A stretch of DNA of 41,120 nt, taken from NCBI GenBank assembly GCA_049999805.1, contig JBNGIO010004459.1, positions 1-41,120 on the forward strand. Reading direction: 5' to 3'. Source of the stretch: Folioceros fuciformis (Eukaryota). Below, piece by piece: positions 22,520 to 38,411 of this stretch (position 1 is its first letter; every line of letters starts with the position of its first letter). Both the position numbers and the translations under genes were made by a program. Under the pieces are notes generated by a model that was not told where the DNA came from, searched no databases, and worked only from the letters and a program-made list of their open reading frames with translations.

Positions 22520-23508
22520 GGATTGAACACCTATAGCTCGCTTCTACTCCATAGCGGCGTCTTGATGGACGCCTGGCCCGGAAGTACAGCCTTTGCGGTG
22601 TACGAAAGAGAATCCGTCTTGTTTTGTCACGTGTACAGCAACGACCACAGGTTTTGCAACATGCATCGAACGATGCTCGGGCGAACATTAATGCAGTATT
22701 CTGAAGTCACACCGCCTACAACCCATGCAGTGGGTGAGGCCAGCCACAGGACACCTCACATCACACTCTCTTTCGCGAGATTCACCAAACTCCTACAGGC
22801 AACGCACTCACGGCATGAAGTCCCCTTTTCCTAGTCCACTCTATGTGGGATTGGCAAACAGGTCTGCAGCTGTTCTCTGGTTGCTCTGACTTGTTCGCTG
22901 ACGAGTCTAAGGAGCCAGGGACTGTGGCTCCAGCTGTGATCGCTCATGTGAATAGAACTCCTTGATGACAAGAGGTTATCTCAAACTCCGATTGCAAAAG
23001 CCGATCAACGAAAGAGTGACGTGCTCGTACCACTATGTTGGGCGAGAATGGGCGGCCTCATCACAAAGATGATACATCCCACTCACATTGGATATCACTA
23101 CGCTCTAATCCCGTTTGTTCGAGATTTTTGAGAGAAGGGATGAGACGCAGAAGAATGTGAGATACATAATTGGTATAATGGGTTAGAAATACTGCATGTA
23201 AGTCCCAGGTTCTGAATTGATCCAGAATAAATATCTACTCCTCGCTAAATCGGGACCTTGTTGAAGGAAAGCAAAAGAAACGTGTCCCAAGGTCACTTGT
23301 GGAGAGCAAGTGGAAACAGCAAGCAAGAGCTGGATTCCAAGTGTCCCGCATTCAAGTTCCAAGTGGATGGCTGGTGTTGAGGGGCAGAGTTCAAGACCAA
23401 AGCCCGGCGTTGGCCCCAACACGTGGAACAATTGCAACAGCAGCAACCTAACGAAATGGAGCCGCCCAGCACACCCAGCAGTCATCCGCATTTGCCTCGG
23501 GCCCGAGG

Positions 23509-27151
<3,643 letters not shown>

Positions 27152-29051
27152 ACGAGGACACGCACTTTACTTACCCCATGTTGCTCAGCGACACAAGACG
27201 GCCTCCGTCAGAGACTCGAATGCTGTCGGAATTTTCTGACTCACGATACAGCTTTTGAACTTCTTGTGGGACAAAGTTGCCTTGAACGCCTGACAGCACG
27301 TGGAGTCGTTCTTTTTTAATGTGCATTCTCCCCGCCGCAGGTCCATCTAGACGCAGTAGGACAGAGATATCCGAGTACTGTAGATTGCGCTCCCCACTAG
27401 CCGGCGAGCTCTTCATCTGAATGGATCGTTCTAGCGCGGCGTGGCAGCCGGCGACCGAGAGTTGGGAACATTCCGAGGCGACCGCACACATAATTTTCTG
27501 ATCTTGGAATACGTGGAGAGTCGGGCCGCAGAGTGCTGGCCCGCAGGCTGAAAGGCGCTGCAGGTTTTGCAGTTCTGACAATGCCGAGCCCGCGCCAGCC
27601 ATGATCCCAAGCCCTGCGTCGTCCGATTGAGCCGCTTTACAGGCCGCACATGCCCGACTGTCCCACCCACGCACGCTGTCTGCTCCGCCGGCACGTTCCT
27701 GGCAACCACGTCTCACCCGCGTGCCCTGCATCTCGCCGCCACGGGATGTGTAAAGCCGTTCCGTTACTCCGAGCTCCGTTCAGGGCACTCACCCCGGCAC
27801 CCCGATTGTAAATCTTTTCGTTTATTTATTTACGCATTCATATTCTGAATTACGGTTCTGTTTATGCCCCTTTTCTTGTGTACTGTCTGGGCTCCCGGCC
27901 TCGGAACCTGCGGCACGGACCGAAGCAAACTCCAATTTTATATGTAGTTGATTTAACACATATTTTATATTCATTCGTATATACCTATACGGTATGTAAC
28001 TGCCTTATATTCGTCTACAGCGAAGAGGTGATACAAGTGTCCCCGCCAGATCAAAGAGTCCGGAGCGTAATTGGCGGTAACAGAACATGGATGACGGACA
28101 GGACGGCCCGTTCCGTCAGTCGACTCTCGGCGCCATGACGTCTCATCCGGCGCCATGCGCGGCCACAGCTCTTGGTGTGCATCGGCTCACACCGCCTGGT
28201 GCCAGGCTTCCACCTTCACCACCCCCAGTTCCTTCCGTCTCACAGCCTTCTCCTGGCACTGGCTCCCTGTTCACCAGCAAGGCGAGGTGGAGGCCGGAGC
28301 ATCCACAATCACGAATCTCAGACAGTACTGCCAGCTCGCCGATTGCAGCATGCCGTCGCTCACGGCCCAGTCTTCTCTCCCTCCCGCTCTCTGCACTTCC
28401 CGCTTCCTCGTCTGGCTCCATCACACGCTCGCAAGCGTCTCGGTTCTGCAGCACCTTTTGGCCCCCCGGACTTGCTGCCAATCGTCGCTCACCATTCCCT
28501 ACCTTTTTCTCTCCCGCCATCGCGCAGCTCGTACTTGAGCGCGATGTGTGTGTAGCGTGCGTGCGTGCGTGCTAGAGAGTTCTGGCTTTGAATCTGGAGA
28601 GTCCCTTTCCTATCTGATTCACTCAGCTCTTGTAGTGTCAGTGAATTATTGCCGCCCGAAATTTTGTCCCCGAACTCGGAGATTCTGTCTGTCCGGACCT
28701 GATCCCGTGCTTGGCAATGCCTATAGATAGAATTTTTCTTTCTTCCTGAGCTGTTCCACCTGGATACGCGGATCCCTATCCTGGTAGACGCCGCGACAGA
28801 AGTCTCTGCAGATTTTGGTTTAGGTGGCTACGGGCAGACGGATGCGTGATTCCTCTTCCGTCGTTTGTAGTCTAGACTGGGCTGGTTTGCAGACGTTTTC
28901 GTCCCTGAATTCTTCGGATGTGAGAAGGTCGCGTCTCGTCCATTCTCAAAGACACCTGACTGATAGCATCTGTAAGTAGCCATTTGATCTCTTGCTTGTC
29001 GAAGTTTGGTGGGCAGTTGGAGATTTGTTTGTGTTTTGAGTTTGTGTGGGC

Positions 29052-31439
29052 ATGATGGGGCGGGAGAGTGATCCAAATGAGGACTTACATAGCAAGCCCA
29101 AGTCTGCTCGGCAGGAGGTTTTTCAGGCAGGGAGGGCCTTGCCCGGCAGTCCAAAGGAGATTGTGGCTGGAATCTCCCATGAGTTTGCGGAACTGAGGGA
29201 GAAGCTGCGGAGATCGCCAGCTGTTCACGCTAACAGGAACACTGCCTCGCTGTTGGAGGCCATGTCCAAGTTCTCTCTCCCTCGACGATCTCCTTCGGAG
29301 TGCTTCTCTCCTGCTCCTTCGGATCGTAGCACCTCCTTGTCGTTGAGGGAATTGCACACGGGGCTTTCTCGAGGAGAACGGCCACTAGAAGCTGGGAACT
29401 TGGATCAGCCCATCGGGCAAGGGCTGAATGCCAACTTCAGGGAGGCAGGCAAAGGGCCCAAGACATCCAAAGTTTTCAATTCCAATTCCTTGCCCGGTGT
29501 CCCACCAGCTGCAAGCAGCGAGAGCTCCGTATCAATGCAAGAAAGCAGCGTGAGTCACCTCTTCTCCATTGATTTCTTCCGTCCTTTTGGATACATGTTT
29601 CTGACTGCCAGCAGTAAAATCCTTCTAGCAGGTGTAGGTGTATGTATCTGGTGCTTTCTTCTCGAATCGTCTCTCCCGGAAGCATGCCTCACCTTGTGCC
29701 GTGGCCTTCAGGTTTCGTCGGGAAGTTCGCCCAGGAGTGATCAACAGGCCAGGAAGAAGCTTATCCGTGCAAAAACTATGAGGGAAGGTTCGGGACAGGC
29801 TGGTAGAAGGATTCCGAACGGGGTCAAGACTGGAATTCGCAAGGGAGTAGCTGTGGAGCATGGGATTTCCACGCCTTCTGGCCAGAGGAAGGGCAAGGTC
29901 AGGGAAGCTCGTGAGAGGTCAAGGAAAGCGAATGGGGAGCCCGTGGGACATGACAAGGGGATATCCAACGTCATGCCAGCTGCAACTACTGGACCCAGCA
30001 GGCATCAGCGCGGAGTGGTGAACGAGACGGCTGTGGTGGACTCCGGAGGCTGGTTGTGTGGTACCTGTCGTGCTGTAGATTCTCAAGCTTCTCCATATCC
30101 CTACACGGAGAGGCGGAAGGGAGGTCTCGGGCACCCACATGGTGTCGGTTTGTCAAGGTCTGTGCTTGGCAACTTCATGAGGAGGCTGAAGAGTTCCCCG
30201 GCCAGACTTATGAGGCCCCCACCAACCACGACGTCACACTCGGGGCTGGACCAGCAGGAGCACTCTTGCAGATCTTGTTCTCTCAGGCAGGCGGATTCAA
30301 CCGTGGCTGCGGCAATGGAAGCGGAGTACAGGAAGATGGCTCAAGGTCAAGAGGAGAGGATGAAGAACATGCAGGAGAGCGTGCAGGATATGATGCGCAC
30401 CATCGCTAGTCAATTGCAGCAGCTTGAAAAACGGGCCTCGGTATCTGTTGACAAGGAGCAGATGCCAAGATTTTGCAGCGCCAACGGGGATGTCGATGCA
30501 ACGTGGGGGTATGTGCCCAAGTGTGCTGAGTCTATGAACAGTGCTATCAGGCTTGTTGTCCCTGATCAACAGTATGACGACAACCAGGAGATCCTCAGTC
30601 CCATGGACCCACCAAATTTGTTAGCCTGGCAGCACAGCCCCACGTCAAGTTCCAAGAGTAGCTTCGGTGTCGTCCCGTCGCTGAGTAGTGTGATCCTCGA
30701 GAAAGTCACTCGGAAGACAAGACAAGCCATTTTCGCCTTCACGGAGGCTTTGGTGGAAGACCAAGATCCTGATTCAATGAGCGGGATAGTGAAGGAGCTG
30801 CTCCCCCGAGTCCACTTCGTGAAGGCTTCTCATGCCAAGTATGGTCTGGAGTCGTGCATTGCGGGTGCCTTTTTCTCAGACTTTGATGAGCCTTTTTATG
30901 GTGTTCCTCCGGCAACACTGGACGGGGAGTCTGAAAACCCAGGTCGGCACGTCAGTGTAAAGGACTGCTGGGAAGCATACCAGAGGGTGGCAGAAGCCCA
31001 CCCCCAAGACGTCATCAATGACCGGCATCCCAGTTCAGACAAGTCGTTCCATTGCTTCTGCCAGGCCAAGCTCAAGCTGTTTCAGGAAGAGGTAAAGTGG
31101 ATCTCTAAATGGTCGACGGACTTGGTGAACACCTTCTTGGAGGCTGCAATAGGTGTGTGGCGTCTCCACCTTCTTGCGCTTTCCTTCGAACCCTGTGCTA
31201 CCTTGATACATGCATCACAGTATCAAGATTACTCCCCGGAGTACATGGAGTTGGTGGAGTCGGATGCTGGAGCGGACGGAGAGTACTCGGGGGATGACCA
31301 TGTCTTTTGTCCGTCAGTGGAGTTCACTGTTATGCCAGGTTTCAAAACTCTTGATGGCTACATCCGATGCCAAGTGTACTTGAAAGTGCGGACAAGAAGA
31401 AGAACTGAGCGGCATACTCGCCGCCAGATGACCATGTGA
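29052..31439 (+). CDS. GIL1 / IRK-interacting-type plant protein (coiled coil plus conserved C-terminal domain); probable intron 29550-29711; start codon uncertain (29052 or 29262)
   Basis: C-terminal HAKYGLESCIAGAFFSDF, FHCFCQAK, FLEAAIGVWRLHLLALSFEP, YSPEYME and VEFTVMPGFK...IRCQVYL match the GIL1/IRKI family C-terminus. A GTGAGT...TTCAG in-frame intron removes an aberrant hydrophobic stretch. Confidence 0.85.
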   Translation: MMGRESDPNEDLHSKPKSARQEVFQAGRALPGSPKEIVAGISHEFAELREKLRRSPAVHANRNTASLLEAMSKFSLPRRSPSECFSPAPSDRSTSLSLRELHTGLSRGERPLEAGNLDQPIGQGLNANFREAGKGPKTSKVFNSNSLPGVPPAASSESSVSMQESSVSHLFSIDFFRPFGYMFLTASSKILLAGVGVCIWCFLLESSLPEACLTLCRGLQVSSGSSPRSDQQARKKLIRAKTMREGSGQAGRRIPNGVKTGIRKGVAVEHGISTPSGQRKGKVREARERSRKANGEPVGHDKGISNVMPAATTGPSRHQRGVVNETAVVDSGGWLCGTCRAVDSQASPYPYTERRKGGLGHPHGVGLSRSVLGNFMRRLKSSPARLMRPPPTTTSHSGLDQQEHSCRSCSLRQADSTVAAAMEAEYRKMAQGQEERMKNMQESVQDMMRTIASQLQQLEKRASVSVDKEQMPRFCSANGDVDATWGYVPKCAESMNSAIRLVVPDQQYDDNQEILSPMDPPNLLAWQHSPTSSSKSSFGVVPSLSSVILEKVTRKTRQAIFAFTEALVEDQDPDSMSGIVKELLPRVHFVKASHAKYGLESCIAGAFFSDFDEPFYGVPPATLDGESENPGRHVSVKDCWEAYQRVAEAHPQDVINDRHPSSDKSFHCFCQAKLKLFQEEVKWISKWSTDLVNTFLEAAIGVWRLHLLALSFEPCATLIHASQYQDYSPEYMELVESDAGADGEYSGDDHVFCPSVEFTVMPGFKTLDGYIRCQVYLKVRTRRRTERHTRRQMTM

Positions 31440-33187
31440 GGATACGAGCATAATGTCACGTTAGGACGCTTGCTGTCTCCTTGCACGACAGGTTATAGAT
31501 ATAGAATCAACGCTGTTACAGTAGCTGTTACGCAGAACTGGCAAGGAGCAACGAGACACAAGACTTAAGTCCAGGAGGAAACTTGGATGGGAACTTCGAT
31601 CTCAGTGTGGGCTGTATTGGTCTGACCGAAGGCCTGCCTGTGTGCTTTAGCCCTATGGAAGGTAGCTTCTAAATGGCGACTGGCATGTACAGAGGTGGAC
31701 CGTGGTGTTCACCCTCCTGCTCGTCTTTGCTGGATATGCATCTATCTCACTGTGGTTAACAGTGACTACAGATCTATGCTTTGTCGTGAAGAGGGCTTCC
31801 CGAATCCCAGAAGACAGCAAACGTCCAAACCTGGACTGTTGTTTGCGTCTGGCTTTATTGGTCTTGTTCTTTGCCCACTTTTGAGTCCGCTTTATGCCTT
31901 TGGAGCCGTGAAGATTTTGTTGAGACCTGGCAGTCGTTCCTCTGAATTCCACAGCAAGTAGCTTGTGCTCTTTGGTCTCAGATCGGATTCCTCCGGCGCG
32001 ATTCTGGGAGTGTGGAGCAGTGATGCCTGTATCTGGGTATCAGTCATAAAAACGAAGGTAGAGAGGCAGCTTCGGGGCTTTTAAATATACATAGTTTTAC
32101 ATACGGATTCCAGCATCCCGAGGAAAAATGTCTCTTAACAGGTGACAGGGAAGGCAAGGGAGAGACAGCTGGAAGGACAGAATATTTTGTCAGGGTCTGA
32201 CAGAGGTAGAGCATGACCTATCGTTACCAGCATCCATGACCCCCAAACATGGACGAGATTGTTGGCTGTTTGTTTGGTGATTGGTGAAGGTCACTACACC
32301 AAAACTAGCGGAATATGTAGCAATTCTGCAGTACGAATTCTGCAGCCGAGGATCAGTCTCAGTTCAGTCTGTCCAACACTGTTGGTGCTACACCTTTCAT
32401 CGCAAAAGCACAATGGGGCAGGTGTGTGGAGTGCGGATGGGGTCAATGATCGACAACTCAACAACAAAGAGTTCAATGATCCATAGCCCACCAATGATGC
32501 GATATGGGAGAAGGAAACTCTTCCAAGTACATTCTTCAAACTTGCTCTTGGCCGAGCCACGTGTGTCACCAGTCATTTCGCTGAGGTTATCACTGGCGGA
32601 AGAGTTCAGAATGTGGAGGGAGGAGGTCACAGCATTCGGCAGAGAGTAACAGGGACACTTCTAAGCTGCTCACAACAGTAACCAGTCATTCCATTGACCA
32701 ATGCATGATCGGGTATAGTTATGGTAGCCAGTGCCAGGGGATGTTGGACTTGCAATCGGGAGCGAGGGTATGTGGGCACTTCACAAGATGCAGACGGAGT
32801 AGAGTGATTTAAAGTAAGCAACATCAAGAGATGTAACCTTCTTGAGATCAGGTTTGATTGAAATAAAGAGGGCCTTAGGGCTGGGACACTGAGAGTTTGC
32901 TCACGCCGTATTTGACAGAACGACCACGGAAGAAGCTGCCAAATGCCGCTTTCCTGACAGAGTCAAGACAAAACGTTGAGATCAGTTCCAGTACAGTGCA
33001 GAGGAAGACAAGGATCCCCATGACTGTGGTCGAAACCTTCACCCATACGTCTATCCTTTGCAGCACGCAAATCGATGTGAGATTCAAAAAATGGACCTGT
33101 CCAAGCTCGCCACCCCAGCATCCCATTGCTCGTTTGGTATCTAGCTTCCACATTGGGATCAAGTCAAAGACTTCACACTCGCACAAA

Positions 33188-35628
33188 CTAGAGCGGAAGA
33201 GGCTTTCGGGCGTGTCGATCAACAACAGCTTTCATGGCGTCCTTCCTAAGAGGCCCATAGATGACGTTGCAAATCTGTTTCAACAATTGTGTCCACTTAG
33301 CCATCCACGTCTTACGATAGTCCTTGTACATCTCCATCATCAAGCGATGGACACCGCTAACTTCTGCGAAGACTTGCTCTGTAGCATGAATACGAAACAT
33401 CATGTTGAGCATAGAGTATATATGCTCCACAAAACTGCTCCATTCCCCGTTCTGCAATACCCGCCTGAGATGTTCTGAGGCCACGCACATGAAGGTCCTT
33501 CCATACGAATACCTGATCCAGTCCTTTCGGTCCGCATCCACTGCTGGAAACTGACGAAGAATTTGCTCCAACTGATCAGCAATTTTGACACCTGCAGCGG
33601 ACAGCCTCTTAGTAGCCTCGTCATCATGGGTCTTATGCCTGGGCAGAAGGTCAGTAAACTGCTGTGTGAGTGTGATCAACGCTGGAAACTTGTCAAGAAG
33701 TTTCTGCTCGAACGTGCACCTGGGACACCTGCACTCGAACCCTGAATGCGCTTCGAAAAACGCCCTCCGAATCACCAAGGGCTCTTGTAACTCGCAGTAG
33801 GATATGGTGATCTGTTCCCCGCTTTGGATGTCGTGGGCAGCTCGTACGAACATGACATCTCCCACAAATGACCAGTGAGCGTTGGGCAGGCAGGAGTGGT
33901 TGATGAATGAAGGTAGCACCCACAACCCCGAGGGTGAAGTCACTTGACTTTCGTCGCGTCTTAAAGCATCTACATTGCCGTGGTCCGAGAAGGAGTTTAC
34001 AGTCTGGATCCGCCGAATGCGAGCAATATCCACTATCTCCTCTGTAGCACTTGGCGGTACCACGTTGCTCGAATCTGGAGGTGGCAAGAACAAGGACATA
34101 GGAGGCACCTCTGAATGGGAGCCTTCAGTGCCATCGGAGAGCGAGTACACCTGCCTCAGACACCGAGGGAACCTCCTGCACAAGTCAACCAGCTCCGTTA
34201 ACACATCCTCATGTATCATGGTATACATTGTGTTCTTGGTACCGTCTGGAGTAGGAATCATAAGGCCTGCCTGCCCCTCAGTGCCCTTTGCCACAGCAAG
34301 CGGATTGCTCACAAGAAGCAGATCCCCGGGTTTCACCCCACTGGTCACAAACAAGCCCCTACCCATCGATCCACCCTCTTGCTCGGCCAGCCTGATCTCC
34401 ACAGGCCCCACAAAATCTCTACACTTCGGAGCACCCCCCCGCTCACCACTAGCATAATACTGGTTGAGATCATACTGCCCCAACCTGCGCTGTTTGTACC
34501 CTTCCTCCACATCTCTGAGCATCCGGTCCAGCTCCATCCGATTTGGAGCATCTAGATTTCTGTTCTTCATCACTTCCTGCAGCAGCGGCAACGCCTCGTG
34601 GAAGATCTCCAACCCGCACAGAGCCCTCACCTTCCTCGCAATGCTCTTCACATGACCAGCATCTCGCTCCAATGCCTTGACAGTATCTCCCAGAGCTTCC
34701 TCATACTTCTCCACCTTCAGCCAACCCTCCGCCCTGTTGGAGTAGGCAATGACATAGTCCTCCTTCAACCACTCATGATCACGACGCTCTTCCTCGCTCT
34801 CCTCTATCACGGAAATCAGCCTTCCATACGTCTGCACAGCCTTCGCCCACTCCCCAGCTATACAAAACTTCCTGCCCTCCCCACGCAGCTCCTCCACCAA
34901 CCTCAAAGTGCCTTCTCCACTAGAGCCCGCACGGCCACCTCTCGTCCCTCTCGTACTTGCTTGCTGGCCCTGCCCTGTTGAAGGAGCCGCATGCAAAACA
35001 TCCTCATGCAAGCGGACTATATCATCTGGATTGTCCACTCTCACAACCAGACGCCCATCCTGAGCAACCTTGAAGTGCGGTTCCTTGACCGCAATCCTCT
35101 GCCCCTTGGGAAAAAGCTTGCCCACCATCCGCTCATGAGCATTCGACCTGAGCGCACGGTACACCGTGAGAAGCGTGACCTCGCCAGCCTCGTCCTCCAA
35201 AATTGTTATCACAGCAGTCATGCGGAACGCGTCCTCTATCAGCTTGCCATACAGCACCCGCCCCTGGTGCCTCGTACCCGCTCTCAGCTCGCTGCACCAC
35301 CCACAATAATCCAATGCCTTCCATTCATTAACCAGGCAAACAATCTCCAGCACCAGGCTACCATGCACAGAAAGCACATAATGCCATGGAGCTACCTGAT
35401 TAGGATTGGGCGGAGGCTGAACAGAGCAGCTCCGGACGGGGCAGGTGGATCATCCAAGTGCGTAATCCTGAGCTGGTGCATGTTCTGAAGGTTTGCCATC
35501 GCATGGAACGCTCTTTGGGCTCTGAAAGTTGCAATCACACTCTGCCTATCCGTCTGTACACGCTGATTGAAGCCACTCGCCATCCCCATCGCCTCTATGC
35601 TCCGTATGATGTCATCCACACTTTCCAT
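33188..35628 (-). CDS. TPR + SET-domain (SMYD-like) putative lysine methyltransferase with extra N-terminal domain, ~778 aa; exons 35628-35396, 35291-33188
   Basis: TPR segment AYSNRAEGWLKVEKYEEALGDTVKALERDAGHVKSIARKVRAL. SET motifs GRGLF, SFINHSCLPNA and ITISY, with post-SET FECRCPRC. A phase-2 GT-AG intron joins ORF 35628-35392 to the long ORF. Confidence 0.9.
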
Positions 35629-37680
35629 GTCTGCAACCAGAATTGCTCTGCGCTGAAACCGGATTGCTCTGCACGGAATCCAAAAGTGCTCGGCCTTAAG
35701 GCTTTAAACGGCCCTGCGCTGAAGCCAGGAAGGCTCGGCACGGGAACAAGAACGTCTATCGTCTGGAACAAGAACGGGTCGGGCCAGCAACCAGAACGCT
35801 TTCACTTTCACAGCTTCGCAAGACTCGGGGCTCACGACCCTGTTATAAACGGCGGCGGCGGGAAGTAAAGACGCTCAGTTTATGCATTATGATCCTGGCC
35901 CACCCCACTGAAACCAGACTAGCATTGACCACGAAGCCTGGCCTCTTGAGACGGACCATTTATGGGTGGCACTGAACACGCCTCGATGACACAAGAAAGA
36001 AGCACATACACATAGCTCTTCCCCTAGTCGACTTGGACGGACTTCTCCTTGTCATCTGGGAATTGGCCCTTCCCTTCACGACCTCTACCATTGTGTGCTC
36101 GGTGATCATGAGGAGAAGAAGAAAAGCTTATCTTAGCAGATTATTAGCGATCCGTACTAGACCAGATTTGTGTGAGAGAGACCAGCCAGCTTGGAGCGAA
36201 ATGTGGGTAGCCCGTCTTACATCCAAGTCTGCATGTACGAGGGTTGAGTCGAGCACTACCCACAGCTCTCTCATGATGCGTTCTGGTTCCTGCAAATGAA
36301 TGAAAGCAAATGAATGAAAGCAGCTAGGCGTGCTCCTGAAATGAATGTGCCTGCGGAGCTTTCTGTGATGAAAAACACAAGAACGTGCTATGTTGATCGC
36401 CCACATAGCTGCGCGTCTGAATGCAAGCAGGTTGGGCACTATCTCATGATTCTTTTTTCCGCTACCTGTAACAAGAGTGGTAAAGAATGAAAGCAGCTTG
36501 ATGTGGTCTGGAAGTGAGTTTGTATGTGGAATCTGCTGTGATGATATCACAAGAGTAGAATCTACAATGGTATGGCCTGTCCAGGGTTTGCATCTAGGGA
36601 ACGTGGAAGACAACGTGATATCACATCTGGGTTGCCTACCCTAGGCCTGATGAGCACATCCATGGCCTCCTCTGGCCAACCTCTACATTGCACGCATGTG
36701 CAGGATATGAATATATCCATCCGACTGCTCGTACGCAACCAAGTTTGACACACAGATCATGAACCAATCTCCCCATGGTCAAACCCATGTTAACTGAACA
36801 CAGCACAACGCAAAATAGAGACAGAGAAAGAAATACGAGAGTCTGACTGCGCCAGAGATGCCAGGGCTTAACGGCCTGCCATCTCCGTACGTTACGCCGC
36901 ACATTCCCTATCCTTCACGCCTGCCAGGTTCAGGCTTATCTTACCCGGAGAGCTAGACTCAGAAGCATAGGCACCACTACCCATCTGCGTATCCAAGGAA
37001 ACGACCTGATCATCAACCCCAGCTGGCTCTCAAACATGCAGCTCGTGGTGCTGGTACGTTTTCGGAGTGCGCAGCTACAACAAGAAGGGCGCAGGGTATG
37101 GGTAGCAGGAACGAACCATTGGGTTCATGTCCACCCGGATTCAGAGCACACCCACTTGCCACGATTCTTGCAAACGGTGCAGGCGACTGTTATTCGTAGC
37201 CTGCAGGATGCCGCACAACCACAAGGTTACTGAAATGGGCATGAACTTCAAGGCATGCGCCAACAGTCATTCTTTGATGGTCATGGCTGCTCCATCAGAA
37301 ATGATTGGTGGAGGAATTGCTCATAATGTCCTATGTCCTTACTGCTCACATGTCCTATTTGTGGATGAGCTTGAAGTGAATGAAGTATGGCTGCATGAGT
37401 TCAGGCATTAATTGTAGCTGAACTGAAGTCAGGCAAGCACAAACTGTGGGGTGAGCTAATTGCAGGTCAACTGAACTCAGACGAGCACAAATTCTAGGTG
37501 AGCTTGCAGTGTATCATGGCCGCCTGGATTAAGTGCAGGCACGTTGTATTCCATGGCATAGCCCCTTCCAAAAGGAATACAAACTAAGCTCTGCTCACCA
37601 TGCACTAATCAGCCTTTCCCTTCTCTCTACGTGCGGAAGGCAGAGTGAGATGTGCTTGCGACGGGAGCACCGAGAAACGT

Positions 37681-37753
37681 CGCCGCCCGGGGGGCTCGAA
37701 CCCCCGACCACAAGGTTAAGAGCCTTGCGCTCTACCGACTGAGCTAGGGCGGC
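37681..37753 (-). tRNA. tRNA-Lys, anticodon CTT
   Basis: 73 nt GCCGCCC-TA-GCTC-AGTCGGTA-GAGC-G-CAAGG-CTCTTAA-CCTTG-TGGTC-GGGGG-TTCGAGC-CCCCC-GGGCGGC-G. All stems pair; A and B boxes are intact; CAA lies immediately upstream. Confidence 0.97.
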
Positions 37754-37814
37754 TTGACGACAACCTGTTAGACAATAGTCTATATGACAAAACGTTTCTT
37801 ATTCTCAAGTCCCA

Positions 37815-38411
37815 CTTATCTTCTTCACCTAGACTTGCACATCTGAGTAGTCAGACTCCCCATCGTGTGTTTCCTCGTTCTTCTTCACGTAGACTTGCGG
37901 ATCTAAGTTGTCAAACGCCCCATAGTATGTTGCTAACGATATACCACAAGAAGGCTCATCACAGTCAATCATTTTGAGGAAAGTCACTTCCAATGCCTCC
38001 ATACCATATTTGGCATGAGAAGCCTTCACGAAGCGGACTCAGGGCAAAAGCTCCTTCACTAACCTGCAAATTGAATCAGGATCTTAGCTTTCCACATAAG
38101 ACTCCATGAAGGCGAAAATGGCTGGACGTGTTTGCCGAGTGATCTTTCCCTTGTAGCTTGATGTATGGCTCTACTGCCAGACTAACCAACTTTGTGAGTC
38201 CATGAGACTAAGGATTACCTCATTGTCGTTGTGTTGTGGATCAGGGACATCGAGCCTCATAGCATAGTGCATAGGCTCAACACGCTTGGGCACTTACCCT
38301 CACCTTGCATCAATGCAACATCCCTTTGGAGCGGCAAAGTTTTGGCATCCTCTCCTTGTGCACTTGACTAGTTATTGTGCACATCATATCTTGCACGCTC
38401 TCTTGCATGCT
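37815..38411 (-). pseudogene. Decayed inverted copy of the central part (~30367-30965) of the GIL1/IRKI-type gene in this window
   Basis: The minus strand aligns to the parent: CATGCAAGAGAGCGTGCAAGATATGATG, GCCATTTTCGCCTTCA, AAGATCCTGATTCAAT, CTTCGTGAAGGCTTCTCATGCCAAATATGG. It carries deletions and stops, e.g. parent CGA is TGA at 38041-38039. Confidence 0.92.

Noticed and set aside
27171..28575. ORFs of 125-186 aa downstream of GH31
   Set aside because: No motifs; likely 3' UTR and the promoter/leader of the next gene.
32200..33180. Short ORFs between the GIL1/IRKI and SET genes
   Set aside because: No coherent exon chain or domain; probably UTR or intergenic sequence.
36650..37233. Possible two-exon hypothetical gene (36650-36730 plus 36928-37233)
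   Set aside because: Splice phases fit but there is no homology or motif, and competing ORFs exist on the opposite strand.
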